DNA of 32,000 nt from Candidatus Scalindua sp. (lineage in GTDB: Bacteria; Planctomycetota; Brocadiia; Brocadiales; Scalinduaceae). Numbering within the stretch: the first letter of the stretch is position 1; every line of letters begins with the position of its first letter. The stretch lies in NCBI GenBank assembly GCA_031316235.1, contig JALDRA010000001.1, forward strand, positions 3,690,001 to 3,722,000, given 5' to 3'. Shown here piece by piece: positions 9,712-18,228 of this stretch. The position numbers and the translations under genes were made by a program. The notes under the pieces were generated by a model, which saw only the letters and a program-made list of their open reading frames with translations, ran no database searches and had not been told where the DNA came from.

Positions 9712-11637
9712 TCAATCCTTGACTTCATAATCCGCGTCAATAACATCTGAGTCTTTTTTGTCTTTCTTCGGTTCATCACCTGCAGTCTGGCCGGCGGTTT
9801 GTGCGCCTTCTCCTTGTGGACCGGCTTGCTGTTCCTTAGCGGTCTTCTCATACAATGCTTGCGACAGTTTATGAGAAGCCGTTTGCAACTCCTCGATAGC
9901 CTTTTTGATGCCGGCCGCATCATTGCCGTCTTTGAGTTTTTTCAGTTTTTCAATAGCATCATTGATAGCACTCTTATCGGATTCGCTGATACTGTCACCA
10001 TGCTCTTTCAACGTTTTTTCCGTTGCATAAACCACCTGGTCTGCCTCATTCCGTGCATTGATTAACTCCTTTTTCCCTTTATCTTCTTCTGCATGCTGTT
10101 CAGCATCACTCTGCATCTTTTTGATCTCTGCTTCAGATAATCCGGAAGATGATTGTATTTTGATTGATTGTTCCTTACCGGTCCCGAGATCTTTGGCTGA
10201 TACATGAAGTATTCCATTAGCGTCGATATCAAATGAAACTTCTATTTGCGGTATACCACGCGGAGCTGCTGGGATACCTGCCAATTGAAAACGACCCAAT
10301 GTCCGATTATCAGATGCCATGGAACGTTCTCCCTGAAGCACATGAATATCCACGGCAGTTTGATTGTCAGCTGCAGTTGAAAAGGTCTCTTTTTTGTTTG
10401 TCGGGATAGTTGTGTTACGTGGTATTAAGACGGTACTAACACTACCTAATGTTTCGATACCCAGTGACAACGGGGTAACGTCAAGTAAAAGTACGTCGTG
10501 AACTTCTCCGGCAAGTACGGCACCCTGAATTGCTGCACCAAGTGCAACTACCTCATCAGGGTTGACACTTTTATTCGGCTCCTTTCCAAACAATTCCTTT
10601 ACAAGCTTCTGTACACTCGGCATTCTTGTTGATCCGCCCACAAGTACAACCTCATTAATGTCACCAGGTTTCACCTTTGCATCTTCCATGGCGGTCAAAC
10701 ACGGTTGGCGGCACTTTTCAACAAGATGTTCGGTCAATTGCTCACACTTTGCCCTTGTCATGCTCATGGTAAGGTGTTTCGGGCCCGACTGATCAGCTGT
10801 AATAAATGGCAGATTTATTTCAGTGCTTGTTGAAGTGGAAAGTTCGCATTTTGCTTTTTCTGCAGCTTCTTTAAGACGTTGCAGTGCCATATGGTCCTGT
10901 AAAAGGTCAATACCTTGCTCCTTCTTGAATTCATTCGCTATATAGTTGAGTAACACCTGATCAAAATCATCTCCTCCCAGATGGGTGTTACCATTTGTAG
11001 AGAGCACTTCAAAAACACCTTCACCAACTTCAAGCACTGAGACATCAAATGTACCGCCACCCAGATCAAATACAGCAATCTTCTCATTCTTCTTTTTGTC
11101 GATACCGTATGCCAGTGATGCCGCAGTAGGTTCGTTAATGATACGGACAACATCAAGGCCAGCTATTGTTCCGGCATCTTTTGTGGCCTGCCTCTGACTA
11201 TCATTAAAGTATGCAGGCACGGTTATTACGGCTTTTTTGACTTCGCTGCCCAGGTAATCCTCTGCCGTTTTCTTAAGATTTTGCAGCACCATTGCTGAGA
11301 CCTCTGGAGGAGTTAAACTCTTTCCTTTTATTTTAACCTTTACCAATTCATCCGGACCGCCAACAATCTCATATGGAACAAGCTTTTCTTCTTGCGCAAC
11401 TTCGTTATGTCTTCTCCCCATGAACCGCTTTATCGAAAAAACGGTATTTTTCGGATTAATTACGGCTTGTCTCTTCGCAAGCTGTCCAACCAGACGTTCA
11501 TCTTTGTCTGTAAAGGCGACAACTGAAGGTGTTATCCTGTTTCCTTCAGCATTTGTTATTACGACAGCCTGATCGCCTTCCATTACGGCAACTACGGAGT
11601 TTGTTGTTCCCAAATCAATTCCGATAATTTTTTCCAT
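9712..11637 (-). CDS. dnaK: molecular chaperone DnaK (Hsp70)
   Basis: 641 aa. Signatures present: [18 protein letters not shown] and [10 protein letters not shown]. Confidence 0.98.
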   Translation of the reverse strand: MEKIIGIDLGTTNSVVAVMEGDQAVVITNAEGNRITPSVVAFTDKDERLVGQLAKRQAVINPKNTVFSIKRFMGRRHNEVAQEEKLVPYEIVGGPDELVKVKIKGKSLTPPEVSAMVLQNLKKTAEDYLGSEVKKAVITVPAYFNDSQRQATKDAGTIAGLDVVRIINEPTAASLAYGIDKKKNEKIAVFDLGGGTFDVSVLEVGEGVFEVLSTNGNTHLGGDDFDQVLLNYIANEFKKEQGIDLLQDHMALQRLKEAAEKAKCELSTSTSTEINLPFITADQSGPKHLTMSMTRAKCEQLTEHLVEKCRQPCLTAMEDAKVKPGDINEVVLVGGSTRMPSVQKLVKELFGKEPNKSVNPDEVVALGAAIQGAVLAGEVHDVLLLDVTPLSLGIETLGSVSTVLIPRNTTIPTNKKETFSTAADNQTAVDIHVLQGERSMASDNRTLGRFQLAGIPAAPRGIPQIEVSFDIDANGILHVSAKDLGTGKEQSIKIQSSSGLSEAEIKKMQSDAEQHAEEDKGKKELINARNEADQVVYATEKTLKEHGDSISESDKSAINDAIEKLKKLKDGNDAAGIKKAIEELQTASHKLSQALYEKTAKEQQAGPQGEGAQTAGQTAGDEPKKDKKDSDVIDADYEVKD

Positions 11638-11967
11638 TATATTCTCCCTAAAAAATACGTCCTGGAACAGCTAAATAGTTGAAATTAAAGGCCTGTTACT
11701 ATTGTAGTACTATTCTCTCATCCCACTTGCCAAGCAGCAAAGCAAAATATGTACTTCAATTACAATTGTAAAAGCCGATCAATCCAACATGATAGTAATA
11801 AGTAAAACAGATGCAAATCTTTCTGGCATACTGAGTTGTAATGAAATTACTAAACAAGCAAACAACATGCCAAAAGTATGTTAAACTGTATAAGTCTATA
11901 AAACAATGAAGTTTACACAGTATGATTCTTTTTGGTTACTTTTCATAAGCCTTTTTCGTCTGATGAA

Positions 11968-11986
11968 GTATGCCAAGATGGCATAC
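11968..11986. promoter_or_regulatory. perfect palindrome GTATGCCA-AGA-TGGCATAC ~330 nt upstream of dnaK (candidate operator)
   Basis: 8-bp perfect inverted repeat with a 3-nt spacer. Related half-sites are TGGCATAC (11824-11831) and CATGCCAAAAGTATG (11866-11880). Confidence 0.3.
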
Positions 11987-12161
11987 TCGCTGGTGCAATA
12001 GTTAGCGATTATCTGGTGAGATGTTGACGAAGAGATGAACAGTAACAGTAGCTATACTCAAACGATTCGATTTTAGAGGTATCCAAAAACGAAGGCCTGT
12101 TTGCTGGTATCCCCGGACCAGATGCCGAGGACTTTCCCCTGACAAAAAGGGCCGAGGACTT

Positions 12162-12216
12162 TACTCGCTCAGCTTTTTCTCGGATTGCATCCGAAAGCTA
12201 TTATAAGATGAGTATA
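12162..12216. repeat. intergenic repeat family, copy C
   Basis: TACTCGCTCAGCTTTTTCTCGGATTGCATCCGAAAGCTATTATAAGATGAGTATA. By hand alignment ~46/56 identical to copy B. The central hairpin TCGGAT-nnn-ATCCGA is retained with a different loop. Confidence 0.6.
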
Positions 12217-12240
12217 TTTTCAGATCAAGGCAATTTTGGA

Positions 12241-13038
12241 TTAATACAGCTCTTTTAATACCTCTTCCATCCTGTAGTGTCCCGGAGGTTTTCGTGCTAA
12301 AATGGATGCTGCACGGATAGCACCGATGGCGAACGAATCTCGTGTTTGGGCTTTGTGGGTAATTTCAAGCCGTTCTCCGGCATTTCCAAACATCACCGTG
12401 TGTTCTCCAACAATATCACCAGATCTTATCGAATGAATGCATAGCTGATTCTGAGGTCTTTCACCCGTAATACCTTTCCGTCCATAAATGGTGACATCAT
12501 CCATTTTCTGATTTGTTGCACTGCATATTTTTTCGGCTATCTTTAAAGCTGTTCCGCTCGGAGCATCTTTTTTAAAGCGGTGGTGCGCCTCAACAATTTC
12601 AATATCGGAATCCTTACCGATGATCTTCGATACTGTTTCAACGAGACTGAACAGTAAATTTACACCTATACTCATGTTTGGCGAATAAAGGCAGGCAATC
12701 CGTTCAGACGCCTTTACAATGCTCTCCATCTGCTTTACATCCAGGCCTGTTGTACCAATTACCATTGCAATTCCAAGCTCAGTACAGGTCTTTAATCTTT
12801 CTACAGTCGAATCTGGTGAAGAGAAGTCGATGAGGACATCAGGTTTCCCTTGCAGTTCGTGTGATATTATCGTTCCGCAGAGCGCTTTATTTATAATATG
12901 ACCTAAATCTTGTCCAATATTTTCATGTTTCTCATCTTCAAGTGCTGCTACAAGTTCAAGCTCTTTATCCTTGGTAACGAGTTCGGCAATCCTTGTTCCC
13001 ATCCGGCCACATACACCATTAATTGCTATTTTAATCAT
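12241..13038 (-). CDS. dapB: 4-hydroxy-tetrahydrodipicolinate reductase
   Basis: 265 aa. N-terminal Rossmann IKIAINGVCGRMG and the catalytic region EAHHRFKKDAPSGTA are present. Confidence 0.93.
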   Translation of the reverse strand: MIKIAINGVCGRMGTRIAELVTKDKELELVAALEDEKHENIGQDLGHIINKALCGTIISHELQGKPDVLIDFSSPDSTVERLKTCTELGIAMVIGTTGLDVKQMESIVKASERIACLYSPNMSIGVNLLFSLVETVSKIIGKDSDIEIVEAHHRFKKDAPSGTALKIAEKICSATNQKMDDVTIYGRKGITGERPQNQLCIHSIRSGDIVGEHTVMFGNAGERLEITHKAQTRDSFAIGAIRAASILARKPPGHYRMEEVLKELY

Positions 13039-13071
13039 ATGCTCATTACCTTCCTGTTATACTGAAACCAA

Positions 13072-13143
13072 ATCTTGGTGAAGGTATACTCGCTCAATTT
13101 TATCTCGGATTTTATCCGAAATCCAGTATGAGATGAGTATACC
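13072..13143. repeat. intergenic repeat family, copy B
   Basis: ATCTTGGTGAAGGTATACTCGCTCAATTTTATCTCGGATTTTATCCGAAATCCAGTATGAGATGAGTATACC. It has an internal 6-bp hairpin TCGGAT-TTT-ATCCGA and partially complementary outer arms TACTCGCTCA / TGAGATGAGTA. Confidence 0.65.
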
Positions 13144-13188
13144 ATAGTTCTCACGGTAAAAATTTTTCAGAGTATCAATAATTAAAGA

Positions 13189-14076
13189 TTAATCCTTGTC
13201 TTTCATGTTTCTGAAACTTTTGCTGGCATTTTTGAGAAAGGTTTTTTCTTTTTTTGTCAGACTCTTGAAACCTTCCCGATTTACCTTATCCAGCAATTGA
13301 TCAATTTCATCCCTCAGTTCTTCACCTTTCCTGAGAGCTCTCTCATTTTGCTGCTTCTGCCATGACAGTATCAATTCACTGAATTTCGGTTCATAACGAA
13401 CGAAAAGGAATCCGTATACGAGACCTCCAAGGTGTGCAAAATGGGAAACATTTCCTCCGGAGGGTACGAGGCAGTTAAAAACTGTTATACCGGCAAAAAT
13501 CATTACAAGATATTTGGCCTTTATAGGAAACACATAAAAGATTACGGTAACGTTGGGGAAAAACATTGCAAAAGCAATTTCGATGGCAAAGATGGCGCCT
13601 GAAGCGCCAAGGATAGGGTTGTGCGGTGTGAAAATGCAACACATGATCCCTGCAAATATTCCGGCAGTAAAGTACATGGTCAGAAATTTCTTTGTACCTA
13701 AAACCCTTTCCACTTCACCCCCAAACATCCATAAAACCAGCATATTGATAATAAGATGCCAGGGATCATGGATGCTGTGCAGAAACATGTAGCTTACAAA
13801 CTGCCATAACCACAATTTCCCGACAGCATAGGGAGGATAGAGCCAGAACAGACTGGTAAATTGATCTGGCCCCACAATGGGTCGATGGACTATTTGATCA
13901 CCAAAATTTGATTCCGGAAGTATAGGAGATGTCCCCCATTGGGAACTGATTGTTGAAAACAGGAGCTGAATGACAAAGACACCGGCATTGACAATGATGA
14001 GGATCATGATCGCCCTTGTCCACTTACTGCCCAGTGAGACGTTGAAATCAGGTTTATAAAAACGGAAATTTGCCAT
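13189..14076 (-). CDS. rhomboid family intramembrane serine protease (second paralogue) with charged C-terminal tail
   Basis: 295 aa. Motifs present: LHSIHDPWHLIINM, GASGAIFAIE (GxSG) and AHLGGLVYG. Confidence 0.8.
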   Translation of the reverse strand: MANFRFYKPDFNVSLGSKWTRAIMILIIVNAGVFVIQLLFSTISSQWGTSPILPESNFGDQIVHRPIVGPDQFTSLFWLYPPYAVGKLWLWQFVSYMFLHSIHDPWHLIINMLVLWMFGGEVERVLGTKKFLTMYFTAGIFAGIMCCIFTPHNPILGASGAIFAIEIAFAMFFPNVTVIFYVFPIKAKYLVMIFAGITVFNCLVPSGGNVSHFAHLGGLVYGFLFVRYEPKFSELILSWQKQQNERALRKGEELRDEIDQLLDKVNREGFKSLTKKEKTFLKNASKSFRNMKDKD

Positions 14077-14293
14077 CGTTCAGAGTTAAATTCTTTCGTG
14101 GACAGAAGCCTTGGTAACAAGTCTGTCAGAATTTTTAAAGATAATTGAGTTGCTTATGCATGAAAAATAATAAAAGGACAATGGAAATTATTTACTATAA
14201 CTATTTCGTTAAAAAAGTCAAGATCGTTATCGGCATTCCAGCGGTTCAGAGAGGACCAGATTTAGAGTTCAGGGAGCATTGCAGCACTTAAAA

Positions 14294-15919
14294 TTATCTA
14301 TTCAAAATCATTCTGAAAAGTACTATACCGACAGCGAGGTTGAAAATATTTGCTCCCCACAATGAAGGTATAATAGGATACATTGACTCTTCTGCCAATA
14401 TCTGCCCGAGAGCAACTAATGGATAGTAAAATAGCAATACCACGATAAAACTGATACCCAGACTAATGAGCAGATTACTGCTTTTTGTCATGATCCCTAT
14501 GGGAATACCTATCAGAATAAAAGTAATGCATGAAAAAGAGGGTGATAGTCTTTTATGAATATTAACTGACAGCTCCCGCTTCAATTGCTGCTTGTTTGCA
14601 CTCTCAATACGTTCGGTAAGAACGGCGTATTTCTTATCAAGCTTTTCCTTAATCGGCTTAAATTTTTCAATTGTCTTATTAGCTTTATCTCTTCTGTCTA
14701 CCTCATTTTTTATCAATCTTTGGGCGATTACCAGCTTTCTTTTGGAATTTTTGATCCTCATGTTTTCTCTTTTGATTGTCTTTTTAAGGAGAGAGATTTT
14801 CTTTTGGAGCTCATCTTCTTTCTTCTGATCCAAATCATTTAATTTAACGGTCTTTTTATTATCGTCGTTACCCCTTTTTTCCTTTTCTGTAATTTTTCTC
14901 AGGTTATTTTGTGCGATACTCTTATAGTTCTCAAAGTTTTTAATATCAATATTAGTACGTTTCATTATCTTTTCTTGCTTTGAAATATTTTTACGTGCTA
15001 TTTCAATTTCAGACTTGGCTGTTTCAAAGTCCCTTGAAATGTCTTTCCTTTTATTATTTATCAGGGCAATTTCTTCGGTTGTATCGTCGATAGTTTGTTC
15101 TGCATCTTTAAAAAACTCTTTTGCCTCTTTTAACTCTTCACTTACTTTACCCTTTTGTGCAAGGATGTTTGTTAATGTGGTATATTGGAGTGATGTATTT
15201 CGAACTCTCTGCTTGAACGGGATATCAAACGTAGCCTCCTCAAAACTGCCCATACTTGGTACACTCGCATCACCCTCATCACCGGGTTTGATAAATTCAC
15301 CGCGTCTCAAAGTTAATACTGCCAGATTTTCCTCCGAACTGACAGAAATTTCCCCTTCCTCCGCCAATATGATATTGACAATGAAATCCTCTGAATACTC
15401 AAAGACAGCGATATTTTTGTAAATACCGTGCTCGACATTACTGATATAGACTTGATACGGATAAACATTGATCTTTTTTTTAGCTGTTATAAAATGTTTG
15501 GCTAAAACCTGCTTTACCGCCTTATCCTGATAACTTCTTACTTGGAAATATGATTTGGGCAGAACTTCGGCGTTGAGATATAAACTTATCAGGGTGAAGA
15601 AAATACCGGTAATAATTATGGGAACAATTATCTTATACAGATGTACACCGGCGATCTTGAGAGCAGTAATCTCATTATCGGCACTTAATCTTCCGTATGT
15701 CATAACCGTAGCAGTGAGCAGGGAGGTTGGCAGTGCATGAGGCAGGGCGTATAATCCCAGGTAAGGCATTATGTGTAGAAGACTTTTGAAATCAAGGCCC
15801 TTATGAAGCAGTTGTATTGAAAATCCCAGCAGCATCAACAATTCAAAACATAAGAGGGCAGGGAGAAAAGTCCTGAACAGCTCCTTTATCAAATATTTTG
15901 GAAGTATTTTTAATAACAC
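14294..15919 (-). CDS. LptF/LptG (YjgP/YjgQ) family permease with ~190-aa coiled-coil insertion
   Basis: 541 aa. The N-terminus ILPKYLIKELFRTFLPALLCFELLMLL, the TM1-3 block, and C-terminal HKRLSPSFSCITFILIGIPIG followed by further hydrophobic TM segments are typical of the family. Residues ~255-445 are a K/E/N-rich heptad-like insertion. Confidence 0.8.
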   Translation of the reverse strand: MLLKILPKYLIKELFRTFLPALLCFELLMLLGFSIQLLHKGLDFKSLLHIMPYLGLYALPHALPTSLLTATVMTYGRLSADNEITALKIAGVHLYKIIVPIIITGIFFTLISLYLNAEVLPKSYFQVRSYQDKAVKQVLAKHFITAKKKINVYPYQVYISNVEHGIYKNIAVFEYSEDFIVNIILAEEGEISVSSEENLAVLTLRRGEFIKPGDEGDASVPSMGSFEEATFDIPFKQRVRNTSLQYTTLTNILAQKGKVSEELKEAKEFFKDAEQTIDDTTEEIALINNKRKDISRDFETAKSEIEIARKNISKQEKIMKRTNIDIKNFENYKSIAQNNLRKITEKEKRGNDDNKKTVKLNDLDQKKEDELQKKISLLKKTIKRENMRIKNSKRKLVIAQRLIKNEVDRRDKANKTIEKFKPIKEKLDKKYAVLTERIESANKQQLKRELSVNIHKRLSPSFSCITFILIGIPIGIMTKSSNLLISLGISFIVVLLFYYPLVALGQILAEESMYPIIPSLWGANIFNLAVGIVLFRMILNR

Positions 15920-16066
15920 GCAAGAAGCCCGATAAAATGAGTGTAACCGCTTGTCTACAATAGTATTGAATTTTGATTATACCTATCATGTTTCTCGCAG
16001 GTCAATAAGAAATATTATGGTAATGTTGACAAATCGATGTGTCAGGTAAAGCGAAGAAGCTTTTTG

Positions 16067-16094
16067 TTGACAAAATACCTTTGCGTGATAACAT
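16067..16094 (+). promoter_or_regulatory. putative sigma70-type promoter of the ABC exporter gene
   Basis: TTGACA (16067-16072), 16-nt spacer, then TG-A-TAACAT (extended -10-like, 16086-16094), ~55 nt upstream of the ATG at 16151. Confidence 0.35.
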
Positions 16095-16150
16095 CTTCTT
16101 GGAAGTTTTATAAGTCGAGACTTCACCATTATTTAAACAGGTAAATTTCT

Positions 16151-18031
16151 ATGAAAAAAAATACAATGTTTCAAGAATGTGTCAGGTTGTCCGCATATGC
16201 AAGACCTCATTGGCAAATGGCACTGCTTACGCTTACATGCATGGGTATTTTCACCCTTCTCACCGGGGCTCAGCTGGCTTTGGTCAAACCGGTCATTGAC
16301 CGTTTGACACAGGGAGAAACTATGGGTGCTTCAATTGATGAAGATAAGACTGAAAGACATAAAAACTCAAAAACGGCCTTATTAAATCTGGGAGGAGAGA
16401 CCGTAGACAAGATAACGGATGCAGCATTTTTATCGAAATGGAAAAAATTGTCGAAAAAGATGACGAGTTCATTCACCTTTATCGGTATTATTGCTGCCGT
16501 AATAGCACCCTTTATCTTTTTCTTTAACTTTTTACAACAGTATCTGAAGAACCGTGTAATGTGGAGTGTACTCGTTGATATACGTAATCAGCTTTGTGAA
16601 CATCTTCTTCCCCAATCCCTCAGTTATTTTGAGAATAGAAAAAGCGGAGATTTAATCTCTCGGCTCACAAATGATATTTTTGCTACTCAATTTGGTCTTT
16701 CGATGCTCTTCGACAATATTGTTTTTTACCCGATGCGTCTGTTATTAGGATTTGCACTTGCCTGCTATTTCAGCTGGAAACTATCACTCTTAACATTTTT
16801 AGTATTGCCCGTTATTGTAGTACCAGTTTTGATCTTTGGGAGAAAAATAAAAAAACACGGCAGGAGAAGTCTCGAACATCTGGGAGAATTGACCGATGCA
16901 ATGAAAGAGATGTTCACCGGAATAAGGATCGTAAAGGCGTTTAAGATGGAAAAGGAGGAGAGTACGGAATTCAGAAAAATAAACACCAGATACTTTAAAA
17001 AAATGATGCAGACTGTCAAGGCAAAGGCCATGAATTCGAGTACTACCGAATTCATCTATTCGCTCGGACTGGCGGTAATTATCATATTTGGTGGTTACGT
17101 TATAACGACAAAGCAGGTTACACCTGGGGAACTGGGGGGGTTTGTTACCGTTACCGGTTTCATGATTCTGACGTCAATAAAAAAACTCGCTAAATGTTAT
17201 GGTAATCTGCAGGAATCCTTGGCTGGAGCAAGCCGTATATTTGAGCTGCTGGATCAGAAACCCACAATCTCAGATCATCCTGATGCCGTAGAGATTCAGG
17301 AGATAAAAAAAGGGATTGTATTCAAGGGTGTCAACTTTGCCTATGATTGTACGCAGGTTCTTAAGGATATTAATCTTGCCGTCAAAAGAGGGGAGTTAAT
17401 TGCCATTGTGGGCAAGAGCGGGGCGGGAAAATCTACATTACTCGATCTCATTCCCCGCTTTTACGACACGGTAAGCGGAGTCATCGAGATTGATGATATA
17501 GATGTCCGCCGAATCAAACGCGATTCTCTTTTAGATCAAATTGCAATCGTCAATCAGCAATCCTTTCTCTTTAATAGAAGTTTTGCTGATAACATCCTCT
17601 GTGGGCGGAAGGATGCAACTCCTGAGGAGGTAATGAATGCGGCAAAAGCGGCGAATATACACAATTTTATTATGAGTCTTCCCATGGGATATGATACGGT
17701 AGTGGGGGAGCAGGGGGTGAGGCTTTCCGGCGGGCAAAGACAACGGATAACTATTGCAAGGGCGATATTAAAGAATGCTCCTATCCTGATAATGGATGAA
17801 GCCACCTCTTCTCTCGATTCAGAATCCGAGAGACTTGTTCAGGATGCACTTGACAACCTGATGGAAGGAAAGACTACCTTCGTCATTGCTCATCGCCTCT
17901 CAACCATACGCCACGCTGACCGCATCGTTGTATTGAAAAAGGGCTCCATTGTCGAGGTCGGTACACACAGCGAGCTGATTAAACAGGGAGGAGAATATGA
18001 AAGGCTGCATAAGATACAGTTCGGGGAGTAA
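16151..18031 (+). CDS. MsbA-like ABC exporter (fused TMD-NBD, lipid A/lipid flippase type)
   Basis: 626 aa. A six-TM type-I exporter domain is followed by an NBD with Walker A GKSGAGKST, signature LSGGQRQR and Walker B ILIMDEATS. The gene is divergent from the LptF/G-family gene. Confidence 0.8.
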   Translation: MKKNTMFQECVRLSAYARPHWQMALLTLTCMGIFTLLTGAQLALVKPVIDRLTQGETMGASIDEDKTERHKNSKTALLNLGGETVDKITDAAFLSKWKKLSKKMTSSFTFIGIIAAVIAPFIFFFNFLQQYLKNRVMWSVLVDIRNQLCEHLLPQSLSYFENRKSGDLISRLTNDIFATQFGLSMLFDNIVFYPMRLLLGFALACYFSWKLSLLTFLVLPVIVVPVLIFGRKIKKHGRRSLEHLGELTDAMKEMFTGIRIVKAFKMEKEESTEFRKINTRYFKKMMQTVKAKAMNSSTTEFIYSLGLAVIIIFGGYVITTKQVTPGELGGFVTVTGFMILTSIKKLAKCYGNLQESLAGASRIFELLDQKPTISDHPDAVEIQEIKKGIVFKGVNFAYDCTQVLKDINLAVKRGELIAIVGKSGAGKSTLLDLIPRFYDTVSGVIEIDDIDVRRIKRDSLLDQIAIVNQQSFLFNRSFADNILCGRKDATPEEVMNAAKAANIHNFIMSLPMGYDTVVGEQGVRLSGGQRQRITIARAILKNAPILIMDEATSSLDSESERLVQDALDNLMEGKTTFVIAHRLSTIRHADRIVVLKKGSIVEVGTHSELIKQGGEYERLHKIQFGE

Positions 18032-18228
18032 TTGCAGGCCGCCGACAGGTTCAGATTCCGCCGCCCTGGGTTACCCTGCACCTTTGAATCGACAACGGTT
18101 ACCTGTTATCTTCTTTTATAGAGCCAATGAGTCTCTAAAGTTCTCTTGAAACTGGTGTGGTAATCCCTTAAACTAGAATGCAGTTATATCTATTTTTTTC
18201 AGTACATCCCAGGTGAAATTCCAATACA

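Noticed and set aside
7469-11197. Many long ORFs antisense to, or out of frame with, clpB and dnaK (e.g. 8651..9046 +, 9221..9637 +, 9684..9923 -, 9799..10065 +, 10985..11197 +)
   Set aside because: They lie entirely within confidently identified conserved genes. Their compositions are low-complexity (Ser/Pro/Ala-rich) and typical of shadow frames, and they have no SD. The same applies to the antisense ORFs in uvrA, nadA, msbA-like, lptF/G, the U32 gene and hsdR.
11638-12240. Sigma54-type promoter at the TGGCAT motifs, or a CIRCE/HAIR operator upstream of dnaK
   Set aside because: The GG-N10-GC spacing is not satisfied at either TGGCAT site (TTGT instead of TTGC, or 3 nt off). One site faces away from dnaK. 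No CIRCE or HAIR consensus is present.
4964-14076. Two rhomboid protease paralogues within 9 kb flanking the chaperone genes
   Set aside because: Multiple rhomboids per genome are common. The two are not adjacent, and nothing links them functionally to clpB or dnaK.
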